A stretch of DNA of 64,000 nt from an uncultured archaeon (GTDB taxonomy: Archaea > Thermoproteota > Bathyarchaeia > TCS64), in the NCBI GenBank assembly GCA_938048735.1, contig CALIUM010000011.1, positions 24,816 to 88,815 of the forward strand, given 5' to 3'. The notes under the pieces were generated by a model. That model was not told where the DNA came from, did not search any database, and saw only the letters and a program-made list of their open reading frames with translations. Numbering within the stretch: position 1 is the stretch's first letter; every line of letters starts with the position of its first letter. A program made the translations under genes and the position numbers. Of the stretch, positions 18,648 through 27,911 are shown piece by piece.

Positions 18648-19499
18648 TTATTCCGTCTCCGCCGTGGCTGCCAAGGTGATGGTGGCTCTTAGGCCTCTTA
18701 GGGCTTCGGGATAACTGTTGAAGGACGCCCTCAGGGTTCTCCCATCTATTCTCTCCACGTATGGGAGAACAGCCGCAGCATCGGCCATCGATGAGGTTAT
18801 GAGCCTTAGTCTGAACTCTACGGGTTCAGTAACCTTGTAGGGCTTGATCTCGTGGAGTTTTTCGAGGGCCTCCACAACAGTTTTCTCAATCAGTACCCTA
18901 GCCTTCTTTGGGTGGAGGCATCTAGCTGCGTATCTTCCAACCCCCCACTTGACCACAGCCGCCCTTATCTCGGGAACCAGCCCCCTAGCCTCCTCGACCA
19001 CGGCGGCGTCGCCCGAGATAAATACTGATGGGACTCCATACCATCCCGCGAGGGCGGAGTTCAGGCCGAACTCTCCTGTTTCAATGCCATTGATATAGAT
19101 AGCATCTACAGTCCTGCTGGAGATGGTGTGGCATAGGATGCCGTTCTTCGCCCCATTCATGGCGTGATATCCTACATATAGGGCTGCGTCGAAGCCCTCA
19201 TCTATGCCCTCCATCATCGAGAGGGGCTTGGGCGACCCCCTCACCAGCTGGGCTGCCTCATGGACCTCCTCTGGCTGGAGGTTTCTCATCCTCCCATGGG
19301 CATCAGAGACCACGACCTCCTCAGCGCCAGCCTTGAGGGCCCCCTCAACCGCCGCGTTCAGGTCTCCCACCATGAGCCTCCTTCCCACCCCATACTCCTG
19401 GGGATCTCGGCCCACCTGTGACCAGTCAACGATTCCGCTTATCCCCTCCATATCTATGGAGATGAAAACCCTCTTAGGCTTCTCAATCATCTTTCTCAT
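18648..19499 (-). CDS. dppA: D-aminopeptidase DppA (peptidase M55 family)
   Basis: Strong similarity over the whole length to the B. subtilis DppA pattern (ISIDMEGISGI...VSDAHG...MMEGIDE...VGYHA...GE.GLNSALAG.YGVP). Confidence 0.8.
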   Translation of the reverse strand: MRKMIEKPKRVFISIDMEGISGIVDWSQVGRDPQEYGVGRRLMVGDLNAAVEGALKAGAEEVVVSDAHGRMRNLQPEEVHEAAQLVRGSPKPLSMMEGIDEGFDAALYVGYHAMNGAKNGILCHTISSRTVDAIYINGIETGEFGLNSALAGWYGVPSVFISGDAAVVEEARGLVPEIRAAVVKWGVGRYAARCLHPKKARVLIEKTVVEALEKLHEIKPYKVTEPVEFRLRLITSSMADAAAVLPYVERIDGRTLRASFNSYPEALRGLRATITLAATAETE

Positions 19500-19639
19500 C
19501 CTCGTATGATTATAACTCAGTTCAAGATTTAAAATGGATCATTCCGTAGGTCTTTTGAGGTTTTAATCGAGATTTTAATACATCTCTCGAATAGCTAAGG
19601 GGTGGCTCTAAACCCTTTAATAGAATCTTCGAGAATCTC

Positions 19640-20461
19640 TTGGATGTGAGCCCTCGTCCCATCTTCGATCCATCTACTGGCAGGTTGATGAGGGTGGCCT
19701 GCTTCATGTCCGGCTCTGGCACCAATGTTAGGAAGATCATCGAGGCCTCGCTGAAGGAAGGCTCAAGGTATAGAGTTGTCCTCATATTCACCGATGTGAA
19801 GGAAGACAGATTCGACGTTGAAGGGAAGAGGATCTGCAGGGCTAAGGAGATCTCCGAGGAGTTCGGCATCCCCTACGAGTGCATAGATATCCTAGACTTC
19901 TACAGGAGCAAGGGATATGACTCTAAGAAGGCCTTGGCCATCCGCCCAGAGTACGATATGAAGGTTCTTGAGAGAGTTGAGCCATACGATGTGGATCTAA
20001 TCGCCCTCGGGGGATATATGAGCATATTGACCAGCCCCATCCTCGAGAGGTATGAGGGAAGGATAGTGAATGTCCATCCGGCCGACCTGTCGGTTACGGA
20101 GGATGGCCGTAGGAAGTACACAGGCCTAAACGCTGTGAGGGATGCGATCCTCTCGGGGGAGAGATGGCTCTACTCCACAACCCACATCGTCAGGGAGAGG
20201 GTTGACTACGGCGAGATACTGGTAAGGTCGAAGCCCGTGGAGGTAAAGCTCCCTGAGGGTGTTTCTCTGGAGAAGCTGAGAGAGGATAGGGATTTGCTTA
20301 GGAGGGTTGTGAGGGAGAACCAAGATAGGCTTAAAGAAAGAGGGGACTGGATGATCTATCCGCTCACGCTCCAGCTGATAGCCGAGGGGAGATTCGCCCT
20401 CGATGGGAGGGGAGGAGTCTACCTCGATGGCGTCCCGCTGCCTCATGGGCTAAGGCTCTGA
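19640..20461 (+). CDS. Formyltransferase-family protein (PurN/GAR transformylase-like) with a C-terminal extension
   Basis: MSGSGTN motif (cf. PurN SGxGSN); HPADLS (cf. HPSLLP); a likelier start is at 19688 (MRVACFMSGSGTN). Confidence 0.65.
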   Translation: MDVSPRPIFDPSTGRLMRVACFMSGSGTNVRKIIEASLKEGSRYRVVLIFTDVKEDRFDVEGKRICRAKEISEEFGIPYECIDILDFYRSKGYDSKKALAIRPEYDMKVLERVEPYDVDLIALGGYMSILTSPILERYEGRIVNVHPADLSVTEDGRRKYTGLNAVRDAILSGERWLYSTTHIVRERVDYGEILVRSKPVEVKLPEGVSLEKLREDRDLLRRVVRENQDRLKERGDWMIYPLTLQLIAEGRFALDGRGGVYLDGVPLPHGLRL

Positions 20462-20911
20462 GATGGATGCGACTATGGCGTTGTTGAGGCGGATCACATC
20501 CTCCACCCTAACCTCTAGGAGAAGGTCTCTGGATCCTCCCCCGCAGAATATCCTCTCAAGCTCAGTCAATTCATCATCTACAATCACCCTGACCCTCTCC
20601 CTGTAACCTAGCGATGGTGTTCCACCTGGAGGGTAGCCGCTCACAGCCTCAGCCTCCTCTGGGGATAGAAGTCTCACATTCCTCACTCCCAAAACTTCTG
20701 AGGCCTTCCGGAGATTTACCCTCCTATCCCCAGGAACTATCAGCACCACATGTTCCCCCCTATCCGTAACCGAGAGGAGGTTCTTTGTTATCCTGTGGAG
20801 CTCTATGCCTGTAGCTGAGGCCGCATCCGCGGTGTGTATGGTCTCACTTTTGGGGATGAACCTATGATAGACCCTCTTGCTCTTAAGATACTCCTCTAGA
20901 TGGCTCTTCAA
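20450..20911 (-). CDS. YbaK/ProX-family aminoacyl-tRNA deacylase
   Basis: 153 aa; conserved YbaK-like pattern (GGTPSLG...IFCGGGS); size typical of ProX. Confidence 0.6.
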   Translation of the reverse strand: MKSHLEEYLKSKRVYHRFIPKSETIHTADAASATGIELHRITKNLLSVTDRGEHVVLIVPGDRRVNLRKASEVLGVRNVRLLSPEEAEAVSGYPPGGTPSLGYRERVRVIVDDELTELERIFCGGGSRDLLLEVRVEDVIRLNNAIVASISEP

Positions 20912-21834
20912 TGGTCATCCCTTAGGATGGGGCAGGTCATGCAGTGGGGGCCTCCTCCACCGAGGCTTAACTGGCTTCCTGGAATCCTGATAACCTCGAG
21001 CCCTCTCTCCTCCAGTTCAGCTATTATCCTCTCGTTCCACTCATAGGAGACGCACTTGCCTCCACCTATCCCAACTATGTTCGTGCCGAACTGCCTCACC
21101 TCAGCGTCATCAGCATATATGAGCTCAATTCCCCTCTCCCTGAGATAGTCCTCCACGAATACCAGCTCCACCCCATCCTCGCTGTAGAGGTAGGCCGGGT
21201 ACATCTCAAGAGATGGTTTATGGATAAGGGCGAGATCGGGGGCCAGTATCATCAAACCCCCGTCTAGGTGGACCCTGAAGGAGGGCAATGGTACAGCTAG
21301 GAGCCTCTTGACGGCCTTCCCCAGCAGCGTTCTCTTAACCATCTCCAGGCCAACCTCGTTTGTCCTAGTTCCGAAGCCCACCATGAGGGTCTCCCGATCC
21401 AAGTATACGAAGTCTCCCCCCTCGACTGTGCCGGGAGGCTTCACCCTCAGGGCTATCGGGATGCCCAGCCTCTCCATAGCCTTCCCAACCAGGAGGGGCT
21501 CAGGATACCTCGCCTGATAAGTCATCCTCAGGACGAGGGCGCCAAGGTAGGTTACGCTGCAGACATCCCGCGTATAAACCAGGTTTGGGAGCCTCGCAGC
21601 GATCTCCCTGTCCCTTCCCTCGAGAAGATCTTCTAGGAGGATGACCTCCACCCCCTCCTCCCTAAGGGCCTCTGTGAAGGCATCGTGCTCCCTCTGGAAC
21701 ATCCTCCAATAGACCACATCCCTGAAGAGGTAGGCATCCCGATTGCTGGGGGTTATCCTCCTCAGCTCCTCCGATGGCCTATGCATCAAGACCTTCCTAA
21801 GCCGACCATACTCAGTCTGAGCTCCGAACTCCAA
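20908..21834 (-). CDS. Amidinotransferase/DDAH/arginine-deiminase superfamily enzyme (guanidino-group modifying)
   Basis: 308 aa; C-terminal catalytic Cys motif GGGPHCMTCPI; conserved D/H residues of the pentein fold. Confidence 0.7.
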   Translation of the reverse strand: MEFGAQTEYGRLRKVLMHRPSEELRRITPSNRDAYLFRDVVYWRMFQREHDAFTEALREEGVEVILLEDLLEGRDREIAARLPNLVYTRDVCSVTYLGALVLRMTYQARYPEPLLVGKAMERLGIPIALRVKPPGTVEGGDFVYLDRETLMVGFGTRTNEVGLEMVKRTLLGKAVKRLLAVPLPSFRVHLDGGLMILAPDLALIHKPSLEMYPAYLYSEDGVELVFVEDYLRERGIELIYADDAEVRQFGTNIVGIGGGKCVSYEWNERIIAELEERGLEVIRIPGSQLSLGGGGPHCMTCPILRDDH

Positions 21835-21955
21835 ATCTCGACCCCCTAAAGGTTAGAATAATCACTCCACCGTTCCCAATATAAAACCTCCTGTCTTGTC
21901 GAGACATTTGTTCATTCAACCCAGAAAGTAACACAAACAAGGTATCAATATCGGA

Positions 21956-22376
21956 TTGCCGATATCTTTTTATATCAGTTTATTCACTAAAACAATAGAG
22001 ATGAAATCAGTATCGTTGTTCTTGTTAGGTTTTCTCTCCCTTTTATCTATAAGTATAACCGTAGCTGCAGTTGTGGAGCCATATGTGTGGTACAAGTATC
22101 AAACTATTTCAGATAAGCTATATTTTGATCAATCTGGATCATTATTATAAAGAACCATATGCTGTGTCAGTAAGGATAAATGCTGTTGAACCATCTGGGG
22201 CTAAACTTAGAGTAGCAATTTATGTTAATTATGTGGAGAAATGGTTTGGATATCTCGGATCAGGAGAAAGTTCCCCCACAATCGTTTGTGTTGATCAAGA
22301 AACAATGGTAGATGTATGTAATAACACACAGGGATATATAGAATATAGAGGTCTTATAACTTGGGTTATGCATTGA
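21956..22376 (+). other. Two overlapping small ORFs in different frames (64 aa with signal peptide; 101 aa) in an AT-rich islet; possibly a frameshifted or degenerate gene
   Basis: ORF 21956-22150 (signal-peptide-like MKSVSLFLLGFLSLLSISITVAAV) overlaps ORF 22071-22376 in another frame; local GC is far below the genome background. Confidence 0.25.
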
Positions 22377-22526
22377 CTATAAAGATCAAAATGTTGGAGG
22401 GAATTAATGTTAGGATTTTTTACAAAAGAAATTTCTATAGATAGATATAAGTTATACTTATCCTCCAAAATTTAGATCAATAAATTTGTACTAAATATTT
22501 ACAAATCATGTATAAGTTGTTTTTCT

Positions 22527-23306
22527 TTGTCAAAAATGATAAAGGAAATGGAAGAGCTAGGTGAAAAAAGATATCAAACTGATAGAGGACAACTTTACGT
22601 TAAAGATCTCATCTACATAATTTCCTTGATAGGGCTGACTTTGGTCTCTGGTCTCTACATAGATCTGTATAGAAGGTTTAACTCTCAACATGATATCCTC
22701 CTGAAACAGGAAGAGGATCTTAGAATTTTGAGAGATAAATTTGATGATTTAATCCCCATCCTTGACCTTATAAACATGTCGTTAGAAAGGCCTCCAACCT
22801 ACTCCGATAGGGGTATTATTCTTGTCTCCGGCTATAGTATTGAGTACTGGGTTAGGAAGGTTGATTCAGACTTCAGGAGGAGCGCATTAACCTCCTTCGC
22901 CGTATTCTATGCCCCATATGAAGACTTAACTCTAAGGATGCATCTCTTCTTCTGGCCTAGGAATATTCTAGAGGTACCATTAACAATCCAGAGTGGGAAT
23001 GCACTCCGCAATGAGTCAGGTATCTTTGTTGGGAGGAGGGGCGACATAATCACCTGGCAGTCCCCAGTCGTCTGGTCGATAAACGTCAGCAAGGTTGGTA
23101 TCTATGAGACAATTCTACCATCCAAGGGTTGGTATACCCTATCCATATCAGGCCCAATTCAAATACAGAGTCGAGACGATCCCCAGTCCGCGACATCCCT
23201 TCACATCTCATACATCCCATACTTTAATGATCTCCAGATAAATTTAGATTTCAAACTCTTAAGGAATGGTGAGCCAGTCATTTTTGCTATTATGAGAAGA
23301 TGGTGA
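22527..23306 (+). CDS. Hypothetical membrane-anchored protein (AT-rich islet)
   Basis: 259 aa; one N-terminal TM helix (LIYIISLIGLTLVSGLYIDLY); no recognisable catalytic motif; AT-rich codon usage. Confidence 0.5.
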   Translation: MSKMIKEMEELGEKRYQTDRGQLYVKDLIYIISLIGLTLVSGLYIDLYRRFNSQHDILLKQEEDLRILRDKFDDLIPILDLINMSLERPPTYSDRGIILVSGYSIEYWVRKVDSDFRRSALTSFAVFYAPYEDLTLRMHLFFWPRNILEVPLTIQSGNALRNESGIFVGRRGDIITWQSPVVWSINVSKVGIYETILPSKGWYTLSISGPIQIQSRDDPQSATSLHISYIPYFNDLQINLDFKLLRNGEPVIFAIMRRW

Positions 23307-23476
23307 TAGGGTCGTTAAGGCCTTTAATTTTTCAAAAGTTCTCCAATATTAACTTATTGATTTACCTTTAGTCTTAGGTCTTCCTCATGAGAGGGGAGCC
23401 AGGGGGACTCATTCCGGCCTCAGGCCTCAAATATAGCTTTATACCATCCATCCGCAAAACTTCAATATGGTCAAGT

Positions 23477-25255
23477 ATGCTCTACGCCACCCTTGTTGAG
23501 GCTTACCAGAGGCTTGAGGCAACCACCAAGAGGCTCGAGATGACAGATATCTTGGCGGATATGCTCAGGAGGGCGGACCTGGATGAGATTGATAAGGTCA
23601 TCTACCTGACCCAGGGGAAGATCCACCCCGACTGGACTGGGGAGCCTGAGATAGGTATCGCTGAGAAGATGGCCATCGAGAGCATAGCTAGGGCATCGGG
23701 ATTGGGGAGGGAGGAGGTGGAGAGGCTCATGGCCGAGACCGGGGATATAGGCCTCGCCGCTGAGAGGGCTATGGAGAGGAGGCGCCTGGGAAGGCTCGGG
23801 GGAGGACAGCTAACGGTGTCTGATGTCTACAACACCTTTGATAGGATAGCGAAGGAGTCTGGTAAGGGGAGCAGCGAGAGGAAGATAGAGAGGCTTATAG
23901 GGCTGTTCTCTGAGGCCTCACCCCTAGAGGTTCGATACATAACTAGGACCGTTGTTGGAACCCTACGCCTGGGGGTCGGGGATATGACGATACTCGACGC
24001 ATTGGCCATCGCCTACACAGACTCAGCCGAGAATAGGGATATTCTTGAGAGGGCATACAACCTCACCAGCGACCTCGGATACGTCGCTAAAACTTTGGCG
24101 AGGGAAGGGCTTGAGGCCTTGGAGAGGGCCAAGCCGGTCCTCGGAAAGCCGATAAGGATGATGCTGGCCCAGCGCCTCTCAACTCCCCAGGAGATACTGG
24201 AGAAGCTTGGGGGAGGGGGCTCAGCTGAGTACAAGCTTGACGGGGAGCGATTCCAGATCCACAAGATGGGAAACGAGATCCAGATATTCTCAAGGAGGCT
24301 TGAGAACATCACCTCCATGTATCCTGACGCGGTGGAGATGGCGAGGAGATACATAAAGGCCAAGGAGGCCATCGTCGAGGGGGAGGCGGTGGCCATAGAC
24401 CCTGAGACCGAGGAGATGAGACCCTTCCAGGTCCTGATGCAGCGGCGGAGAAAATACAGGATAGAGGAGATGATGGAGAAGTTCCCAATCGCCCTATTCC
24501 TCTTCGAGTGCCTCTACGTAGACGGCGAAGACCTGACCCTCAAGCCTTACAGGGAACGCCGCAGGAGGCTCAAGGAGATTATCGAGGAGACCAGCAGGTT
24601 CCGACTAGTGAGATCCATAGAGACATCTGAGGCATCAGATCTTGAGAGGTTCTTCGAGGAGGCCATCACAGAGGGCTGTGAGGGCCTGATAGTGAAGTCA
24701 ACAGCCGACGACTCCCTATACAGGGCAGGGGCGAGGTCTTGGATGTGGGTCAAGCTGAAGAGGAGCTATCAGAGCAGGATGGTGGAGCCAGTCGACCTCG
24801 TAGTCGTAGGGGCCTTCCACGGGCGTGGCAAAAGAGCAGGCAGCTATGGAGCCCTCCTAGCCGCCGTATACGACCCATATGAGGATGTCTTCAAGACAGT
24901 CTGTAAGGTTGGCTCCGGCTTCACTGACGAGGACCTTGAGAGGCTGCCGAAGATGATGGAGGAGTACAGGCGCGGGGAGAAACATCCAAGGGTAGACTCC
25001 CTCATAGAGGCCGATATCTGGTTCACCCCCAGCCTGGTCATAGAGGTTATAGGGGACGAGATCACCCTGAGCCCGGTCCACACGGCCGCCTTCAACACTA
25101 TAAGGGTCAACTCAGGCCTCGCCATCAGGTTCCCCAGGTTCACAGGTAGGTGGAGGTCAGATAAGGCCCCTGAGGACGCGACCACAGTGGCTGAGATCGT
25201 CGATATGTATAAATCCCAGCTCAAGACCATAGCAGGGGAGGCCGAGGAGAGGTAG
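23477..25255 (+). CDS. lig: ATP-dependent DNA ligase
   Basis: Adenylation motif KLDGERFQIHK (KxDGxR); OB and DNA-binding domains; start moved to MLYATLVEAYQRLE (the track ORF begins at 23387). Confidence 0.9.
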   Translation: MLYATLVEAYQRLEATTKRLEMTDILADMLRRADLDEIDKVIYLTQGKIHPDWTGEPEIGIAEKMAIESIARASGLGREEVERLMAETGDIGLAAERAMERRRLGRLGGGQLTVSDVYNTFDRIAKESGKGSSERKIERLIGLFSEASPLEVRYITRTVVGTLRLGVGDMTILDALAIAYTDSAENRDILERAYNLTSDLGYVAKTLAREGLEALERAKPVLGKPIRMMLAQRLSTPQEILEKLGGGGSAEYKLDGERFQIHKMGNEIQIFSRRLENITSMYPDAVEMARRYIKAKEAIVEGEAVAIDPETEEMRPFQVLMQRRRKYRIEEMMEKFPIALFLFECLYVDGEDLTLKPYRERRRRLKEIIEETSRFRLVRSIETSEASDLERFFEEAITEGCEGLIVKSTADDSLYRAGARSWMWVKLKRSYQSRMVEPVDLVVVGAFHGRGKRAGSYGALLAAVYDPYEDVFKTVCKVGSGFTDEDLERLPKMMEEYRRGEKHPRVDSLIEADIWFTPSLVIEVIGDEITLSPVHTAAFNTIRVNSGLAIRFPRFTGRWRSDKAPEDATTVAEIVDMYKSQLKTIAGEAEER

Positions 25256-25265
25256 AAGAGGAAGA

Positions 25266-25595
25266 TTGGTTGAAGAGATATCTCTAAAGGATTTCAAGAA
25301 GCTAGATCTAAGGGTTGGAACGGTAGCCGAGGTCGAGAGGATCCCAGGATCGGAGAAGCTCTACAAGCTCCAGGTCGACATGGGTGGGGAGATGAGACAG
25401 ATAGTCACAGGGCTTGTGGGATACTATACGGAGGAGGAGCTGAAGGGAAAGGTGATAATAGTATTGACAAACCTCAAGCCTGCAAAGATCTTCGGCGTAT
25501 CCTCCAACGGAATGTTGCTGGCAGCAGAGTTCGATGGCCAGCTCGCACTCCTAACCACAGATAGAAGCATACCCAACGGAGCTAAGATAACTTAA
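25266..25595 (+). CDS. tRNA-binding protein (Trbp111/CsaA/MetRS-C-terminal-like OB-fold)
   Basis: 109 aa; DLRVGTV...KLYKLQVDMGGE...QIVTGL is the characteristic tRNA-binding OB-fold pattern. Confidence 0.7.
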   Translation: MVEEISLKDFKKLDLRVGTVAEVERIPGSEKLYKLQVDMGGEMRQIVTGLVGYYTEEELKGKVIIVLTNLKPAKIFGVSSNGMLLAAEFDGQLALLTTDRSIPNGAKIT

Positions 25596-25717
25596 CAACT
25601 TCTTTACTTATTTACAGCAGAGAATTTAAAGAGATCGCCAATTCACCAACTTTTATATAGTAACATAAACTCATAATTTAAATGGAGGAATGGAAAATAA
25701 AGAGGAAATGGGATCGT

Positions 25718-26032
25718 TTAAGGAGGAGTTATCTTTATCGCTTGGACGGGACAGCTGTTCTCACAAGCCCTGCACTGGATGCAATCAGACTCTCTCACGG
25801 GATCAGACTTCTTATCAGAGGTGGGATGCCCCGGCGTCTCAGCCCACTCGTAGACGCTCATAGGACAGACGCTTATGCAGATTCCATGCCCCTCACAGAT
25901 ATCCCAGTCCACGGCCACATTCGTGCCGTGTATCCCCAGCTTCTTAGGGGGGTCAACCGGCCCCCAGACACTGTGCCCCTGATGCTCCCCCACGATCCTT
26001 CTATTCTTCTGGAAATCCTCATCTATAGGCAT
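25718..26032 (-). CDS. Ferredoxin with two [Fe-S] cluster motifs and an N-terminal His-rich (zinc-binding type) extension, as in Sulfolobales zinc-containing ferredoxins
   Basis: CEGHGICISVCP and CIQCRACENSCP cluster motifs; N-terminal GEHQGHSVWGP histidines. Confidence 0.75.
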   Translation of the reverse strand: MPIDEDFQKNRRIVGEHQGHSVWGPVDPPKKLGIHGTNVAVDWDICEGHGICISVCPMSVYEWAETPGHPTSDKKSDPVRESDCIQCRACENSCPVQAIKITPP

Positions 26033-26163
26033 CTTTATCCCCCAAAAATATTACAACAACTTAATAAAATTTTATCGTATTCGAAGTCTATAGTGATAAT
26101 CGCTCGGAATCTCTGAATTATCAGTTCTAGACAGGAATTTTCCGCCTCAGAGGTTCACCGGGC

Positions 26164-26694
26164 CTAGTATCGCTCCCTATGGAGGACCTCTGAGACAGGC
26201 CTTCTTGGAGGGGCTGAAGGTGTTTCCGCCGGGTATCCGATAGGGATGATCGATATTGGTCTAACGCCCTCAGGGATCCCTATAGCCCTCGCGGCCCTCT
26301 CCTCGTCGAAGGCTCCAACCCAGCATCCTCCGAGGCCATTAGCGGTGGCTGTGAGGAGAAGGTTCTGGATTGCGGCCGCGGTGTCCTGGATACAGTATAG
26401 GTCGGATCCCCTCTTCCCATACCTCCAAGAGGACCTCCCCGGCACGGCGCATACAACGAACACCAAGGGCGCCTCGGCTACGAAGGATTGGCCGTAGGCT
26501 GCATCAGCCAGCCTCTTTTTCGTCTCTGGGTTACTTACAGCTATGAACTCCCATGGCTGGAGGTTTCCAGCGCTTGGTGCCATGCAGGCCGCCCTCACCA
26601 GCACCTCAGCCGCCTCCTCTGGGAGCTCTCTCTTGGAGAAGGCTCGGATGCTCCTCCTATTTCTTATGATCTCAGGGATCTCCATGCCTCTCAC
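26164..26694 (-). CDS. Nitroreductase-family NAD(P)H-flavin oxidoreductase
   Basis: RRSIRAF motif and overall nitroreductase fold pattern; 176 aa. Confidence 0.8.
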   Translation of the reverse strand: MRGMEIPEIIRNRRSIRAFSKRELPEEAAEVLVRAACMAPSAGNLQPWEFIAVSNPETKKRLADAAYGQSFVAEAPLVFVVCAVPGRSSWRYGKRGSDLYCIQDTAAAIQNLLLTATANGLGGCWVGAFDEERAARAIGIPEGVRPISIIPIGYPAETPSAPPRRPVSEVLHRERY

Positions 26695-26723
26695 AACTCC
26701 ATCTCTTAATGGGTATTAATCAA

Positions 26724-27863
26724 TTATTTGCTCCGGTGCCTCTCAAACCTCACATTTGAAAATCTCGGGGGTCTTCCTCTCTTAATGAGGATAATAACCG
26801 TCAGGGCTATTATCCATATAGAGGCGACCATGATTATGGGGGCTAGGGGGGTTTCCCGGGAATTTTGGTCTATCACTGAGGCGGTATCATAGCTCTTTAT
26901 GTAGAGGCTCCCAGCCATAACGGCCTCCCTCATCTTCCTCGACTCGCCTACATAGTCGTATCTCGAGACATTTAGAGCTGTGACGACGGAGGGGCCATAT
27001 TGTGGGGCCTCCATTATAATGGTTAGGGGCTCCTTCGCCCTTGTGAGGGTTAGGTCGATGGGGAGCCATCCCCATGGTGGTATGTACACTAGGGCCCAGC
27101 CGTGCCATCCAACCCCCTTTTGAGAGGTGCTCAGATGCCCTCCCCAGGAAACCTTATCTCCGGTGATTCCCTCATTGAAGACCATCCCCAGCTGTAGTAG
27201 AGCCGGTACGCCTAATATTCGGCACATGGTTACAAGGAGTATTGCCTGGTCATCGCAGTCCCCCCTCCCAGAGGCTATCGTCTCGTTCGGATAACGAGGG
27301 GTCTCGAAGCTTCCATAGGATATGTTCTCCAACATCCAACTCAGTAAGCTTAGAACCATTCCCAGGACGGTCGATTGGTTTGCGGCCAGCCTTAGGGCTA
27401 GGGCGCGGATCCCCTCATCCCCTGTTGTGAAGGTTCCCGTCTCCATGGTGTACTCGTCGATGAGTTCCCTCGGGATCTCCGAGATCGCGCCAGCCCTTTC
27501 TGGGTCTATCCTTGGTCTGGGCATCTCAGAGGTCTCGATCAAGTAGGTCACGGAGAAGTTGACGCTAGAATTTGGAGCGATGGTCAGGGGTATATCGAGA
27601 ACCGCCAGCTTGTTCCCATCCTCGTCAAAGTAATCTCTGACTACGGAGTTTGTCAGGTTGATAATCCTAATGTTCTGCTTGCTATCGTTGTGGAAGAGGA
27701 GGATGGTTATGTCATCAACCGTCAACATGTAAGGCTCCTCTCCCCTATTCTCGAAGATGTATGTTGATGTGTATAGTCTCTTGATAGTCAGCCCTTCATG
27801 GACTCCTCTAATAGGCGATATTGAGATCAGGAGGGTTAGTAGGAGGAGCGCCTTCAAGCTCAA
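26724..27863 (-). CDS. Secreted transglutaminase-like cysteine protease-fold protein with a C-terminal TM anchor
   Basis: Signal peptide; GRGDCDDQAILLVTMCRILGVPA matches the transglutaminase-like core (Cys...R..G[IV]PAR); C-terminal hydrophobic helix then KRGRPPR. Confidence 0.6.
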   Translation of the reverse strand: MSLKALLLLTLLISISPIRGVHEGLTIKRLYTSTYIFENRGEEPYMLTVDDITILLFHNDSKQNIRIINLTNSVVRDYFDEDGNKLAVLDIPLTIAPNSSVNFSVTYLIETSEMPRPRIDPERAGAISEIPRELIDEYTMETGTFTTGDEGIRALALRLAANQSTVLGMVLSLLSWMLENISYGSFETPRYPNETIASGRGDCDDQAILLVTMCRILGVPALLQLGMVFNEGITGDKVSWGGHLSTSQKGVGWHGWALVYIPPWGWLPIDLTLTRAKEPLTIIMEAPQYGPSVVTALNVSRYDYVGESRKMREAVMAGSLYIKSYDTASVIDQNSRETPLAPIIMVASIWIIALTVIILIKRGRPPRFSNVRFERHRSK

Positions 27864-27911
27864 TACATATCCTTAAGGGTTCGCCCCTTATATCTGGATT
27901 ATCGATGTTGG

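Noticed and set aside
25682-26116. 144-aa plus-strand ORF
   Set aside because: It overlaps the minus-strand ferredoxin gene, which has canonical Fe-S motifs. The plus-strand frame has no motifs.
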